DNA from: Azolla caroliniana
Lineage: Eukaryota > Plantae > Polypodiophyta
Assembly: GCA_043228905.1 (NCBI GenBank)
Contig: JBHGNT010000007.1
Location: 8,246,001 to 8,310,000 of the forward strand
Direction of reading: 5' to 3'
DNA length: 64,000 nucleotides
This document shows positions 23,651 to 35,421 of this stretch, piece after piece (positions within the stretch are counted from its first letter, which is position 1; every line of letters begins with the position of its first letter). The position numbers and the translations under genes were made by a program. The notes beneath the pieces were generated by a model. The model was not told the DNA's origin and searched no databases. It was given only the letters and a program-made list of their open reading frames with translations.

Positions 23651-24327
23651 TTAAGGTGTGTGCCTGCTAAGTACATGGGGTCTCTCCGCGAGAGTTCGAA
23701 TCTTTCAGGTGAGGACTTCTTGCAAGACTGTGTTTCCATGCATCCAAAGAATAGAAGGGATAAAGGTGATTGCTTAAAAATATTTTATATCACTATAGTC
23801 ATTCGTTATATTTCATGGTGTTAAGACAATAGCGGTGTAGTATTATTTCATTTCCCGAACCATTAAAAGTTTCAATTTAATTTTTATAACTAGTTTCATT
23901 TTAATTTTTATCTGATTAGTTTGGCCGTGTGGTTGAGGTTTGTGCCTCATTTGTATATTGGGCCTCGCCGCGAGAGATCGAATCTCGCAGCTGACGACAT
24001 CTTGCGAGACTATGTTTCCATATATCCAAAGAACTAAAAGCATACATGTGATTGCTTAAAAAGATTTAGGCCAATATTTTCATGGGTTATGTTTCTTGTT
24101 GTGAAAACAGATCTAAGATACTACTATTTAATTTCCCTAAACATGAAAATTTCTCGCGAGTAGACTGTGTTTCCATACATCCCAAGAATTGATGGGATAC
24201 ATGTGATTGTTTTGAAAGAGTTTTTGTCACTATTGTCATTGGTTATATTTCCTGGTGTGAAAACCATATCAGAATAGTACTATTTAGTTTCCCTAACCGT
24301 TTAAACTTTATATTTAATTTATATATA

Positions 24328-25122
24328 CGACAAGTCCTGGATATTAGTAAATGATGACCAGCTTCTTTTTTTCTAACAATAAGAAATTGGCGGACTAGTA
24401 ACTAGTCTTGGCCAACAACCTAGCACGCACGATGAAAGCCCGCGGAGAACAATTTTTTAGTAATAGAAACAACAGTGGCTATTTTGGCTCACGTAGCTCA
24501 AAGGATAGAGCATTCCTATGTACCACCCGGGTTGGCGGGAAACTAGCCGGTTCGAGTCCGGTCGTGGGCTGGTGGGAGGAACAAGCAAGAATGGTTCAAT
24601 ACGGCGTCTAACAGGCAAATCAAGAATTTCACTTCGAATCCTGGACTTTAGCACCTTGCTGTTTATGGTGTTTCATGATCAGTATCGGAAACGAATGGAG
24701 AAGCGGTAGAACGTGCGGAACCGCATATTGGATTATTCTAGTGCGGCATGAAGCTGCTGGCGCCGAGTCGGCCGGATGAAAGCCGTTAGCGATGCTCCGC
24801 TGCTTCTTTGCGTACCAGATTATGTTATACCTTTTATTGGATCGGAAAGTAGGCACCACTTGTTGATACAACAAGCGGCCTACTTGGTAGGTTCTGGGAC
24901 GTGGTTCTCCAATTATGCTATCCTCGCGGAGATGACCTAGTAATAGGTGGTTCGAAGGCCTAAGGTGACGAAACAGTACTCGTGTCTGCGGTGATTGGGG
25001 TCGAAGTTTCATGGCACAAGTCTCTTGAGTCATCGAATGGTTCACTTGAGTTCGCTTCGCGATTGATTCAAGTGGCAGGGAATTGATATATCGTCGATCC
25101 CGTTCAAGCTTGTTACCACTGC
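24328..25122. other. ~800-bp foreign insertion without TSD in a satellite unit (possibly organellar DNA)
   Basis: Interrupts TTTATATAT|TAGATTCAAT, which is contiguous in the sister unit at ~5857-5877. Confidence 0.75.
24487..24570 (+). ncRNA. tRNA-like cloverleaf with a 19-nt anticodon loop
   Basis: GCTCACG/CGTGGGC acceptor; GCTC-AAAGGATA-GAGC D arm; TTCCT/GGGAA stem; GCCGG-TTCGAGT-CCGGT T arm. Confidence 0.7.
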
Positions 25123-25146
25123 TAGAGTCAATTTAACCTTTATCCA

Positions 25147-25227
25147 GTCACTTTGGCCGAGTGGTTAAGGCGTGTGCTTGCTAAGTACATGGGTTTTCCT
25201 GCGAGAGTTCGAATCTCTTAGGTGATG
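25147..25227 (+). pseudogene. tRNA-Ser(GCT) variant or pseudogene
   Basis: 1-nt deletion and substitutions in the variable, T and acceptor arms. Confidence 0.8.
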
Positions 25228-25824
25228 ACTTCTTACAAGAGTGTGATCTAAAGAATTGAAGGGATACATGTGATTGCTTTGAAAGATTTTTTATCAATAT
25301 ATTGGTTATATTTCATGGTGTGAAGACAATATCGGTGTAGTACTATTTCTTTTCCCTAAACATTTAAAATTTTAATTTAATTTTGATAACTAGTTTCATT
25401 TAAATTTTAATCTACTTAGTTTGGCCATGTGGTTGAGGTTTGTGCCTGCTTTGACTATTGGGCCACGCCGCGATATATCGAATCTCGCAGTTGACAACAT
25501 CTTGCGAGACTGTGTTTTCATATATTCAAAGAACTCAAAAGATACATGTGCTTCTTTAAAAAGATTTGTGAAAATTTAACTTTTATAACTAGTTTCATTT
25601 TTTTATTTATCTACTTAGTTTGGCGGTGTGGTTGAGGTTTGTGCCATACATCTCAAGAATTGATGGGATACATGTCATTGCTTCGAAAGATATTTTGTCA
25701 CTATTGACATTGGTTATATTTCTTGGTGTGAAAACCATATCAGAATAGTATTATTTAATTTCCCTAACCATTAAAACTATTTATTTAAATTTTATAACTA
25801 GATTCAATTTAACCTTTATATAGA

Positions 25825-25906
25825 GTGGGTTTGGCCTAGTGGTTAAGGCGTGTGCCTGCTAAGTACATGGGGTCTCCCCGTGAGAGTTCGAATCTCTCAG
25901 GTGACG
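25825..25906 (+). pseudogene. tRNA-Ser pseudogene (broken acceptor stem)
   Basis: 5' end GTGGGTT, same lesion type as 6652. Confidence 0.8.
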
Positions 25907-26521
25907 ACTTCTTGAAAGACTTTGTCTCCATACATCCAAAGAATTGAAGGGATACATGTGATTGCTTGAAAAGATTTTATATCACTATAGTCATTGGTTA
26001 TATTTCATGGTGTAAAGACAATATCGGTGTAGTATTAATTTATTTCCATAAACATTTAAAGTTTCAACTTATGTTTTATAACTAGTTTCATTTTAATTTC
26101 TATCTACTTTGTTTGGCTGTGTGGTTGAGGTTTGTGCCTGACTTGTATATTGGGCCTCGCCGCGAGAGATCGAATCTCGTATCTGACGACATCTTGCGAG
26201 ACTGTGTTAAATCCATATATTCAAAGAACTCAAAAGATACATGGGCTTCCTTAAAAAGATTTGTGTCAATTCAATTTTTATAACTAGTTTCATTTTTTTA
26301 TTTATCTACTCAATTTGGCCGTGTGATTGAGGTTTGTGCCATACATCCCCAGAATTGATGGGATACATGTCATTGCTTCGAAAGATATTTTGTCACTATT
26401 GACATTGGTTATATTTGTTGGTGTGAAAACCATATTAGAAAAGTATTATTTAATTTTCCTAACCATTTAAACGTTGTATTTTAATAAATTTTACAACTAG
26501 ATTCAATTTAACCTTTATCTA

Positions 26522-26603
26522 GTCACTTTGGCCGAGTGGTTAAGGCGTGTGCCTGCTAAGTACATGGGGTCTCCCCGCGAGAGTTCGAATCTCTCAGGTG
26601 ACG
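26522..26603 (+). tRNA. trnS-GCT: tRNA-Ser(GCT), intact
   Basis: Identical to 1184-1265. Confidence 0.95.
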
Positions 26604-27073
26604 ACTTCTTGCAAGTCTGTGTTTCCATGCATCCAAAGAATAGAAGGGATATATGTGATTGCTTAAAAATATTTTATATCACTATAGTCATTCGTTATAT
26701 TTCATGGTGTTAAGATAATATCGATGTAGTATTATTTCATTTCCTGAACCATTAAAAGTTTCAATTTAATTTTTATAACTAGTTTCATTTTAATTTTTAT
26801 CTGATTAGTTTGGTCGTGTGGTTGAGGTTTGTGCCTGATTTGTATATTGGGCCTTGCCGCGAGAGATCGAATCTCGCAGTTGACGACATCTTGCGAGACT
26901 ATGTTTCCATATATCCAAAGAACTAAAAGCATACATGTGATTGCTTAAAAAGATTTAGGCCAATATTGTCATGGGTTATGTTTCTTGTTGTGAAAACAGA
27001 TATAAGATACTACTATTTAATTTCCCTAAACATGAAAATTTCTCGCGAGTAGACTGTGTTTCCATACATCCCA

Positions 27074-30000
27074 GATCCTTTAGTATACGCTTGAGCCTTA
27101 CGGTTTCGCATGCGGCGACCGCCGCGCCCCTGTATTCTGTTTCCGTACTCGACAATGTGACTGTTGGTTGTTTCTTGCTACTCCAGGAGATTGCTCCGCT
27201 ATTGAGGGAGAAGACGAAGCCTGACGTGGATTGTCTATCCGTTTTGTATCCTGCCCAGTCCGCGTCTGTGTACCCTTCAAGTCGAATAACCGTATTCGAC
27301 TTATACATGATGCCGTAGTCCAATTTTGTACTAACATACCAAAGTATCCTCTTAATGCAATAGAGGTGAAGATTTCGTGGATTCTGCATGAATTGGCTAT
27401 GGAGGCCGACCAAATAATTGAGGTCGGGTCGCGTAATGGTCAGGTAGATTAGACTACCGATCAGTTGACGATACTGAGTCGGCTCGCTCTCGGCTGTGCC
27501 GGAACTGACATCGATCTTGAGATTACGATCAAGTGGGGTAGACACAGGTTTGCACTTTGTCATTCTGAATTTGTATAGTAGGTTGAGGACGTAGTGCCTT
27601 TGTGAGATCATTGTCCCGATTGGTGTTCGAATTACTTCAATACCTAGGAAGTAATGAAGCTCGTGCAGGTCTTCCATTTCGAATCTGCCAGAAAGAAGTG
27701 TTTTAACTTTGTTAATCTCGGCGAGATCCTTTCCTCCGATGAATAAATCATCCACGTAAAGAATGATGACAATTGGGTTATCCGACTCGTTTTGGATGTA
27801 CAGAGAAGTGTCGGATTTTGACATGCGGAATCCGACTTGATGAAGATACTGCGTGATCTTCGAATGCCAAGCATGCGGTGCTTGTTTGAGGCCGTAGAGA
27901 GGCTTCTTGAGTTGGCATACGACGTGTGGATATCTGCGTGACTCAAATCCGGGTGGTTGAATCATATACACTTCCTCTTCTAGTTCCCCTTGAAGGAAGG
28001 CGTTCTTGACGTCCATCTGATGGAGATGCCACCCTTTTGCTGCGGCGAGTGCGATTACGGTTCGCACTGTTGTCATCTTTGCCACCGGGGTAAAGGTTTC
28101 TTCAAAGTCTACGCCATACGTTTGTGCATATCCTTTTGCGACCAGGCGTGCTTCGAAGCGATTTACAGATCCATCAGCATTGTGCTTCACCTTGTAGATC
28201 CATCAGCAGCCAATCGTTTTCTTGTTTGGGGGAAGAGGACTAAGATCCCATGTCTCATTTTTACGCAGTGCTTCCATCTCCTCATTCATCGTGTCGACCC
28301 ATCGCGGATCCTTTGCAGCTTTGGAAAGTGTTTCCGGATCCCGTACAGACGCTACCTTCATCATGAATGCGTAATGATACGCCAAGTATTCGTCGTAGCC
28401 GTAGCGGCTTACGGGATTCTTTTCTCGTGTAGACCAGCTTGGGTTTTCGTTTGTAGGTTTTAGGGGGTTCTTCACACCATCTGTAAGGATGTCAAGGCTT
28501 TTGAGCTCATCGTCAAGATCAAAATGATCTTCATATTCTTGCATTTTCGCCTTGCCTTTGTCTAGATTCGGACCCTGCTGAGATGTGCTTTGATTGCTCG
28601 GGGGCTCTTGCGGTCCACTCAGCTGTGTCATAATTGGGCTTTCTTCGTGCATATGCGTAAGATGATCTTCGGCCTCCATCTCGATTACGGAAAAATTAGG
28701 GTCAGTTGGGGCCGTAACCGGAATCGTGTCTGGTGTGTACCAGGATGCGGACTCGTCGAAGACTACGTCTCGACTAATGCGAACTTTTCGGGTTGATGGA
28801 TTGTAGCATTTGTACCCATTCAGTTCGAGTGAGTATCCCACGAGGATACATTTCTCCGACTTTGGATCAAGCTTTTATTGTGTGTCGTCGGGAATATGCA
28901 CTTATGTGATTGAGCCGAAGATACGGACATGTGACAAGTTCAGCTTCTTTCCAAAGAACTTCTCATGAGGAGTTATGTCATGAACTTTGGAGGTTACGCA
29001 CCTGTTCATGAGGTATACGGCCATGTTTGCCACTTCTGCCCAGTACGACTTTAGCAAGTTCTTCTCGTTCATCATGGCCCGTGCGACTTCTACTATGTGA
29101 CGGTTTTTATGCTCAGCTACGCCATTTTGCTGAGATGTATGTCGACACAAGAACTCTCATTTGATTCCTTCTTTTCGGAGATACATCGTGAATTCGTCCG
29201 AAAAGTATTCTTTGCCTCCGTCTGATCGAAGACAGCGTACATGCCGGCCCGTAGCCTTTTCAACTTCGGCTTTGAACTTCTGGAAGTGGCCGAATACTTC
29301 ACTCTTCTGCTTCATCGGATAAATCCAGGTGTTTCTGGAGAAGTCATGGATGAATGTCACATAGTACCGGCATCCGCCGAAGGTAGCTGTTTGGGCTGGT
29401 CCCCATACATCTGAATGTACAACATCCAGGATTCCTTTGCTCACATTCCACTCGTTCAGGAATGGATGACGACGTTGCTTTCCAAATTGGCATGCTTCGC
29501 ACACGCCTGATATCTCCTTTGCCGTGAAGTTCGGGAGTCCGATTATGACTCCTTTTGATTGCATATTTTGAAGCTTTTGTAGATTTACGTGGTCGATTCT
29601 CTTGTGCCACAATTTTAAGTCGGTTTCGACTTTCTGGTCCTTTGCGTACATGGCGGACTTTACCTCGCTCGACTCGAGGATGAACATACGACCTTTTGAC
29701 GGTCGTGTGCTACGACGTGATCGCCTTTTTCGATGAAGCACCCATCGCTATTGAAGCGTACTTGCATTCCTTGTTCCACAATTTGGCCGACCAAGACCAG
29801 GTTCTTCATGATAGTAGGCACATGCAACACGTTCTTGAGGTAGGTTTGTTCGCCGTTGTTTCCAAATGGGACATTCCCAATATGTTGGATTGGATGCGTC
29901 GTATCATCGCCCGTTTCGACATATCTGGGACTTTCGGGCTTTCACAATTCCCGAAACCAGTCTGAATGAGACGTCATGTGATTTGACGCTCTTGAATCGA

Positions 30001-30570
30001 CAAACCATACACTATTCGGCATGGAGGTGCTTGTTGACGCCTGTGTAGACATTGAGTGAGCTTTGTGCTTCATTATGAACATTCCGCCATGGTCGCCGTA
30101 GTCGGAGTTTGTGGTGTAGTTTGTCAACTAACGACTTGCTTCATCCGACTGGGAGTAGAGCATATGACCATTTGGTGTGTTGCTCCTCTGTCGGGCGTGA
30201 TTATCTTCGACCAACAATATCGACTGAAGGTCGAAAAAGGAGGGAGGATTCTCTCTCGCGAGAATGGCTGATCTAATCACGCTGAAACGCGGTGCTAAGC
30301 CATCGAGGCTTATCTGCACTAGTTCGTCATCGTCAATGACGATGTTAATTGATCTGAGGGCATCACATAGCTCCTTGATCTTCAAGGTATAGCTCGAGAT
30401 TGACATGTCCCTCTGTTGGATGCTATTCAGCTCCTGACAAAGCTGGAGCTTGCATAGCCAAGCATATGATCATGAACGCATGATGCAAGGCAATACATGA
30501 CACGGCTCATGGCCTTCACATAGTAGATGTCCATGAGCTAGTGTGAGCAAGTTGAGTTTGATTCTCAACA
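27074..30570 (-). mobile_element. Decayed Ty1/Copia element: LTR stub ending at 30570, gag-PR-INT-RT-RH, 3' truncated
   Basis: WFVDS, LWHKRI, HSDVWGP, LRSDGGKEY, RLVAKGY, QMDVKNAFL, YVDD, YTDADWAG; LTR start TGTTGAGAATCAAACTCAAC on minus. Confidence 0.92.
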
Positions 30571-31239
30571 AACATGATCAGACCGAAACGATTATCATTA
30601 GCTACAACAAATGCTTGGGTGGTGGAAGTTGAGGTTCATGCAAAGACGGAACACATTCAACTTCATTGCTACTAGCACATATATCACACAATGAAGGCCA
30701 AGTTCGGAAGCAATTTGAGGTCAAGCTATGACCATTTGCAAAGTCCGGGGGGGGGGGGGGGGGCATTCTACCATTTTTTTATTTTCATATATTATTAGTA
30801 TCTTTTCCTAACCGCCTTTTAATGGGCGTGATTCTTCACCCAACGATTGTCTTTTTTTACTTGTCCCTGGGTGAATAGAGCAAGAATTAAAACGGAGAAC
30901 CTGTACTCAACTTTATCTTACTTATTATGAAATGGGTGCAAAACCCTAGCGGATAACACAAGGTCGGCCACCGATTTGTGTAGCTATTTCCATTGCAATC
31001 ATGTTTTGGCTATACTTCCTAGTGCAGAAACAATTTCATAATTTTTTTATTTCAAACGTTTGGAGAAACTCCACCAATGAGTGTTTAGTTTGATTTTGCT
31101 TTCACGTGTATCCCCTAGAATATTTTAATAATGCTCCAACATTCTATTATCTTCTTTTAATTAATGCTTAATTTTATTTCCAAAAACATCAGGGAAATGG
31201 GGAAGCTTTTGGTTCACCCAACCCAACAATAGCTATCTG

Positions 31240-31830
31240 GTCGGAGCAATCAACTAATTCATGCAGAAACCAACCGTGGAGCACCTTTAGTGCGCGCACC
31301 GAATATTGAGGTATGTTAGCAACACTAAGGACCGGGGACTGTTATACCGATACGGTATAATCAAAAATCTAGTTGGATATACGAATGCTGACTAGGCTGG
31401 TGATGCGTCGGATCGACAATCAACTTTCGGATTCACGTTCTCTATTGGTAGCGCGGTTGTTGCGTGGAGCAGCAAGAAGCAACCAACAGTGGCTCTGTCG
31501 AGCACTGAGGCTGAGTACCGTGGAGCTACCGTTGCCACCTATGAAGCCATCTAACAGTGGCTACTGCAAGACCTCCGGATCAAAGTAACAACTCTGATCC
31601 CGATCTACTGTGACAACATGAGCAACATGCAACTGGCCAAGAACCCCGTGTTCCATGCTTGGACGAAGCACATAGAAGTGCATTATCACTTTGTGCGCGA
31701 GCGGGTCCTCAACGGTGAAGTAAAACTCTAGTATATCCGGACGGATCGACAGGTTGCCGACAAGTTGCAACATTTTGTAGAGATGCTTGGTCTTTAGCAT
31801 CTCGACATGCTGCACTTGAGGGGGAGAACC
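31240..31830 (+). pseudogene. Copia RT-end / RNase H fragment
   Basis: GYTNAD*AG, WSSKKQPTVALSSTEAEY, NPVFHAWTKHIEVHYHFVRE. Confidence 0.85.
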
Positions 31831-31895
31831 AAAACCGGAACAGAAACCGGGAAAGCAGGAAATGGCATCAGACAAGCAACCATAGAGAAGGAAAC

Positions 31896-34800
31896 GGTTG
31901 AGAGTCGAACTCAACTTCCATAGATAGGTTTCACACTAGCTCATGGACATGTTGGGCTAGTTTTGTAAATAGTAAAAAGGGCACTTGCCCTAGCTTAGTT
32001 GGTATATAAACCAACGCATTGTAAGTTAGGTACTGTTGGATGTTTTATGTTTGATGTATTAAAAGCTCTGCCTTAAAAGCTCTCTCTCTCCCTCTGTTGC
32101 CTCACACACACACACACTCTTAATCTTCTTCCGCTGCATTGCAATCACTCTTGCCTCCCATTCCGTTACATGGTATCAGAGCGTGTGGTTACCTGATTAA
32201 GCCTATTCGACTGTGTTGTGCTGCACGCCGACGATCAACAGAACCAGCCTATCAACAGAGAAGAAATCACCATGAATACTCAAATGGGAAGCGCTCTTCC
32301 TACCGAGAAGCTTGACACAACGAACTTTGCATCTTGGGAATACAAGATGCATCAATACCTTGTCGGACAAGGCTACTGGAGCTACATCGAAGGAGATCAC
32401 GAATTACAACCCAACCCAACACCCGTTGACTATCCCGCTTGGGAGCAAGCTGCAAGCCGTGTGGTGTATTGCCTTGCATCATGTGTTCATGATCATATGC
32501 TTGGCTACATTCAAGAGGCAAAAACGCCGAAGCAGGTGTGGGAAGACCTGAAGAAGATTTTCGCAGCCAATACGGCTGCACGAAAGCTCCAACTTCAACA
32601 GGAGCTGAACAATCCTTAACAAAGGGGCATGTCAATCAACAACTACACCTTAAAGATCAAGGTGTTGTGCGATGCGCTTGGATCGATCAATGTTAGCATT
32701 GACGACGAAGGAATGGTTTTACCCTAGGCTTCACTCCCCACCCCAACAACACTTTTGGCATGCTTGGTGGGACGACCCTCCTTTGAGAAGAAGTCACATC
32801 TCCCTCCCTCTCCTCTCCATCACTAATCTCTCTCTCTCTCCTTTGTTGTGTGTTGTTACTATCTGTGTTAGAGAGAGTGGTTTTGTGCATAGACTCCCTG
32901 TATGGTGATCCGTTTTATTAAAGGTTCTTCATGTGCGTTGGGAATCGGGATCTAGAGATTTAGTGAGATGACTATCTTTTTGCTCTTCCCCCTATCTTTT
33001 GTGTGTTGTAATATGTCATTCTTCCTTTTTCCAGATCGACCCTTACTTTGATTTCAAGAAAGAAACCCTAATCTTTCTTGTGCTTAGATGTACTTATATT
33101 GTTCTCTCTCTATAGAAAGCAACTATCTGCAAAGGAAAGAGAACGATTCTGTGGATAGTTGGAAGTTTTGGCTTCTTCATTAGCGTTATCATTTTCACCA
33201 TAATCACCATCACCATCATCAAATACCCTCCTCGTCTGGATAGCAGCAACTCCTCTGGTGGGATGGGGGAGATTAAGGTATGTGGACTAGCAGCTCTGCC
33301 ATCACCGGTAGCAGATCGGTATGATGGCGGGAATATAAGTTACAATTTCTGTGTAAGGGGTTTGTCCTACATTAATCTTTCACTTAGATGACTGATCTGA
33401 TCATCCGAAAGTGGAGTAGAAATGGGAGCATGTCTCTCTCACAGCATAGATGGAATTACTAGTACTAATGAATATGACTGTGTTGCTTGTTGTGGCGAAT
33501 ATGATCCTTCTCGATGAAGACGAAGCAAATTTAAAGGGAAAGAAAGGAAGAGGCATTTATGGAGATACTCACTGCTGATCCCATCAAATCGATGAGTACA
33601 ATGCCACTACCCTCTCGATCATCATAGATACTATTAAGGCTCAATATGGTTGCTTTGTTAGCAGACCTTCGAAGTTTGATTTTTCATAAAAGAAGTCCAA
33701 GAAGCACTGCGGCGAGAAGCAGTAGTTCAAGCCGCTATAGCCATTCGAGCGACGACCGAACAATGGCCGAGTAGTGGTTAGACAATGCCCGAATGGACAA
33801 GCCCAAATAGCGGCGGCTTATGGCCGAAGGGCAGTAGCCGATAGTGGCGGAGTGGTGGCCAGATAGTGGTCAAATGGTGGCTGGACAGTGGCCGAATGGT
33901 AGTGCCGATTGGTCAGACAATGGCCTACAACGAACGAGATGTGCTACCAAGAGCATGGGCGAGAGTACGACCGAGAAGACAGTCGAGACGCATGGCCGAG
34001 ATGCGTGGCCGAGAAGTGCGGGCGAGAGTACGGCCAAGACGAGACGCGTGGCCGAGAGTACAGCTGAGACGAGCGGCCGAGACGCGTGGCCAAGAGTACG
34101 ACCAAGACGCAGAGTACGGCCAAGTGATGGCGGAAAAATGACGGCCAAGGCGCGCGGCGAAAAGCATAGCCAAGACGCGCCGCCACCCAAGAGAGACGAC
34201 CAATAACCCAGACGAGAAAAACCAGACACTGGCCGAACAAACACAAACACGACCATCGACGACTTAGCCGACCGAACTGAGAGATGGTCGTCGGACAGTC
34301 CGTGACGGCGACGGTCGTTAGATGGCCAACGGACAGGCACGACCGACGGCCGACGAACAGAAACGACTTTGACGGACACAGAAACAGACTTAGACGAAGA
34401 CAAAGTAGAGAGAGAGCTTCACTGAGCTCTGCCATGGCTTCGACAGGATCATCCAATCCAACAAGGCCAAGAAGAATGAAGAAGAAATGAAGGAAGCAGA
34501 AGAAGATGATGACAACAACGATACAGAAGAAGACGAAGATAGAAGATGAATAAGAAGAAGAAATAGAAGCAATAGAGAAGAATCAAAGACGAAATCAGGA
34601 AGCACACAGAAGGAGAAAGGGTAAAGAAAAGAGAAACAAAGACAGAAACGAGGAAGCATAGAAAAGGAAGAAGAAGAAAGAGAGTGGAGGGTATAAGCAA
34701 AAATTTCAATCATGCGAGAGCATGATGCCATACGACTATGACTATGTTCATAATGAACTACGAAGCACACTCAATGTCCACACTTGCATCAACTACCGAT

Positions 34801-35421
34801 TACACTTCGAACAACGTATGGTTTGTCGATTCGGGAGCATCCAATCACATGATGTCCCATGAAGATTGGTTTTGGGAACTACGGAAGCTCGAACATTCCG
34901 GATATGTCGAAATAGGAGATGACACAACTCATCCAATACAACATATCGGGAATGTCCCATTCGGAAACGACGACAAACAGACCTACCTCAAGAACGTGTT
35001 GCATGTCCCCACCATTACGAAAAACCTACTCTCGGTTGGCCAGATTGTCGAACAAGGAATGCAAGTACGCTTCAATAACAATGGCTGCTTCATCGAAAAA
35101 GGCGATCAAGTCATACCTCACGGCCGTGGTGAAGGCTGTATGTTCATCCTCGAATCGAGCGAGGTAAAGTCGGCCATGTTTGCAAAGGTCTAGAAAGGTG
35201 AAACCGATTTGAAACTGTGGCACAAGAGAATCGGCCACATCAATCTCCAAAAGCCCCAGAACATGCAATCGAAAGGAGTCGTAATCGGACTCCCGAACTT
35301 TACGGCGAAGGAGATTACAGGCGTATGTGAAGCATGTCAGTTCGGAAAGCAACGCCTTCACCCATTTCCTAAAGAGCGGAATGTGAGCAAAGGAATCCTG
35401 GATGTCGTACATTCAGATGTG
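31896..35421 (+). mobile_element. Copia LTR (31896-32170), PBS-Met (32171-32182) and gag, interrupted by an unrelated ~2-kb segment (~32720-34730), resuming as PR/pre-integrase until the Gypsy at 35422
   Basis: ..TTACA TGGTATCAGAGC; MGSALPTEKLD; WFVDSGASNHM; LWHKRIGH; DVVHSDV. Confidence 0.85.

Larger units (their letters stand above)
23651..27073 (+). repeat. Continuation of the tRNA-Ser satellite (diverged copies 23915-23996, 25415-25496, 26107-26188, 26804-26885)
   Basis: Same unit types as 5168-8064. Confidence 0.9.

Noticed and set aside
24328-25125. Helitron interpretation of the insert (ends near CTAG)
   Set aside because: No 5' TC, no clear subterminal hairpin, and the TAG is explained by host sequence
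26976-27073. Novel C-terminus on the Copia RT-RH ORF
   Set aside because: Read-through into satellite DNA after a deletion junction at CCCA
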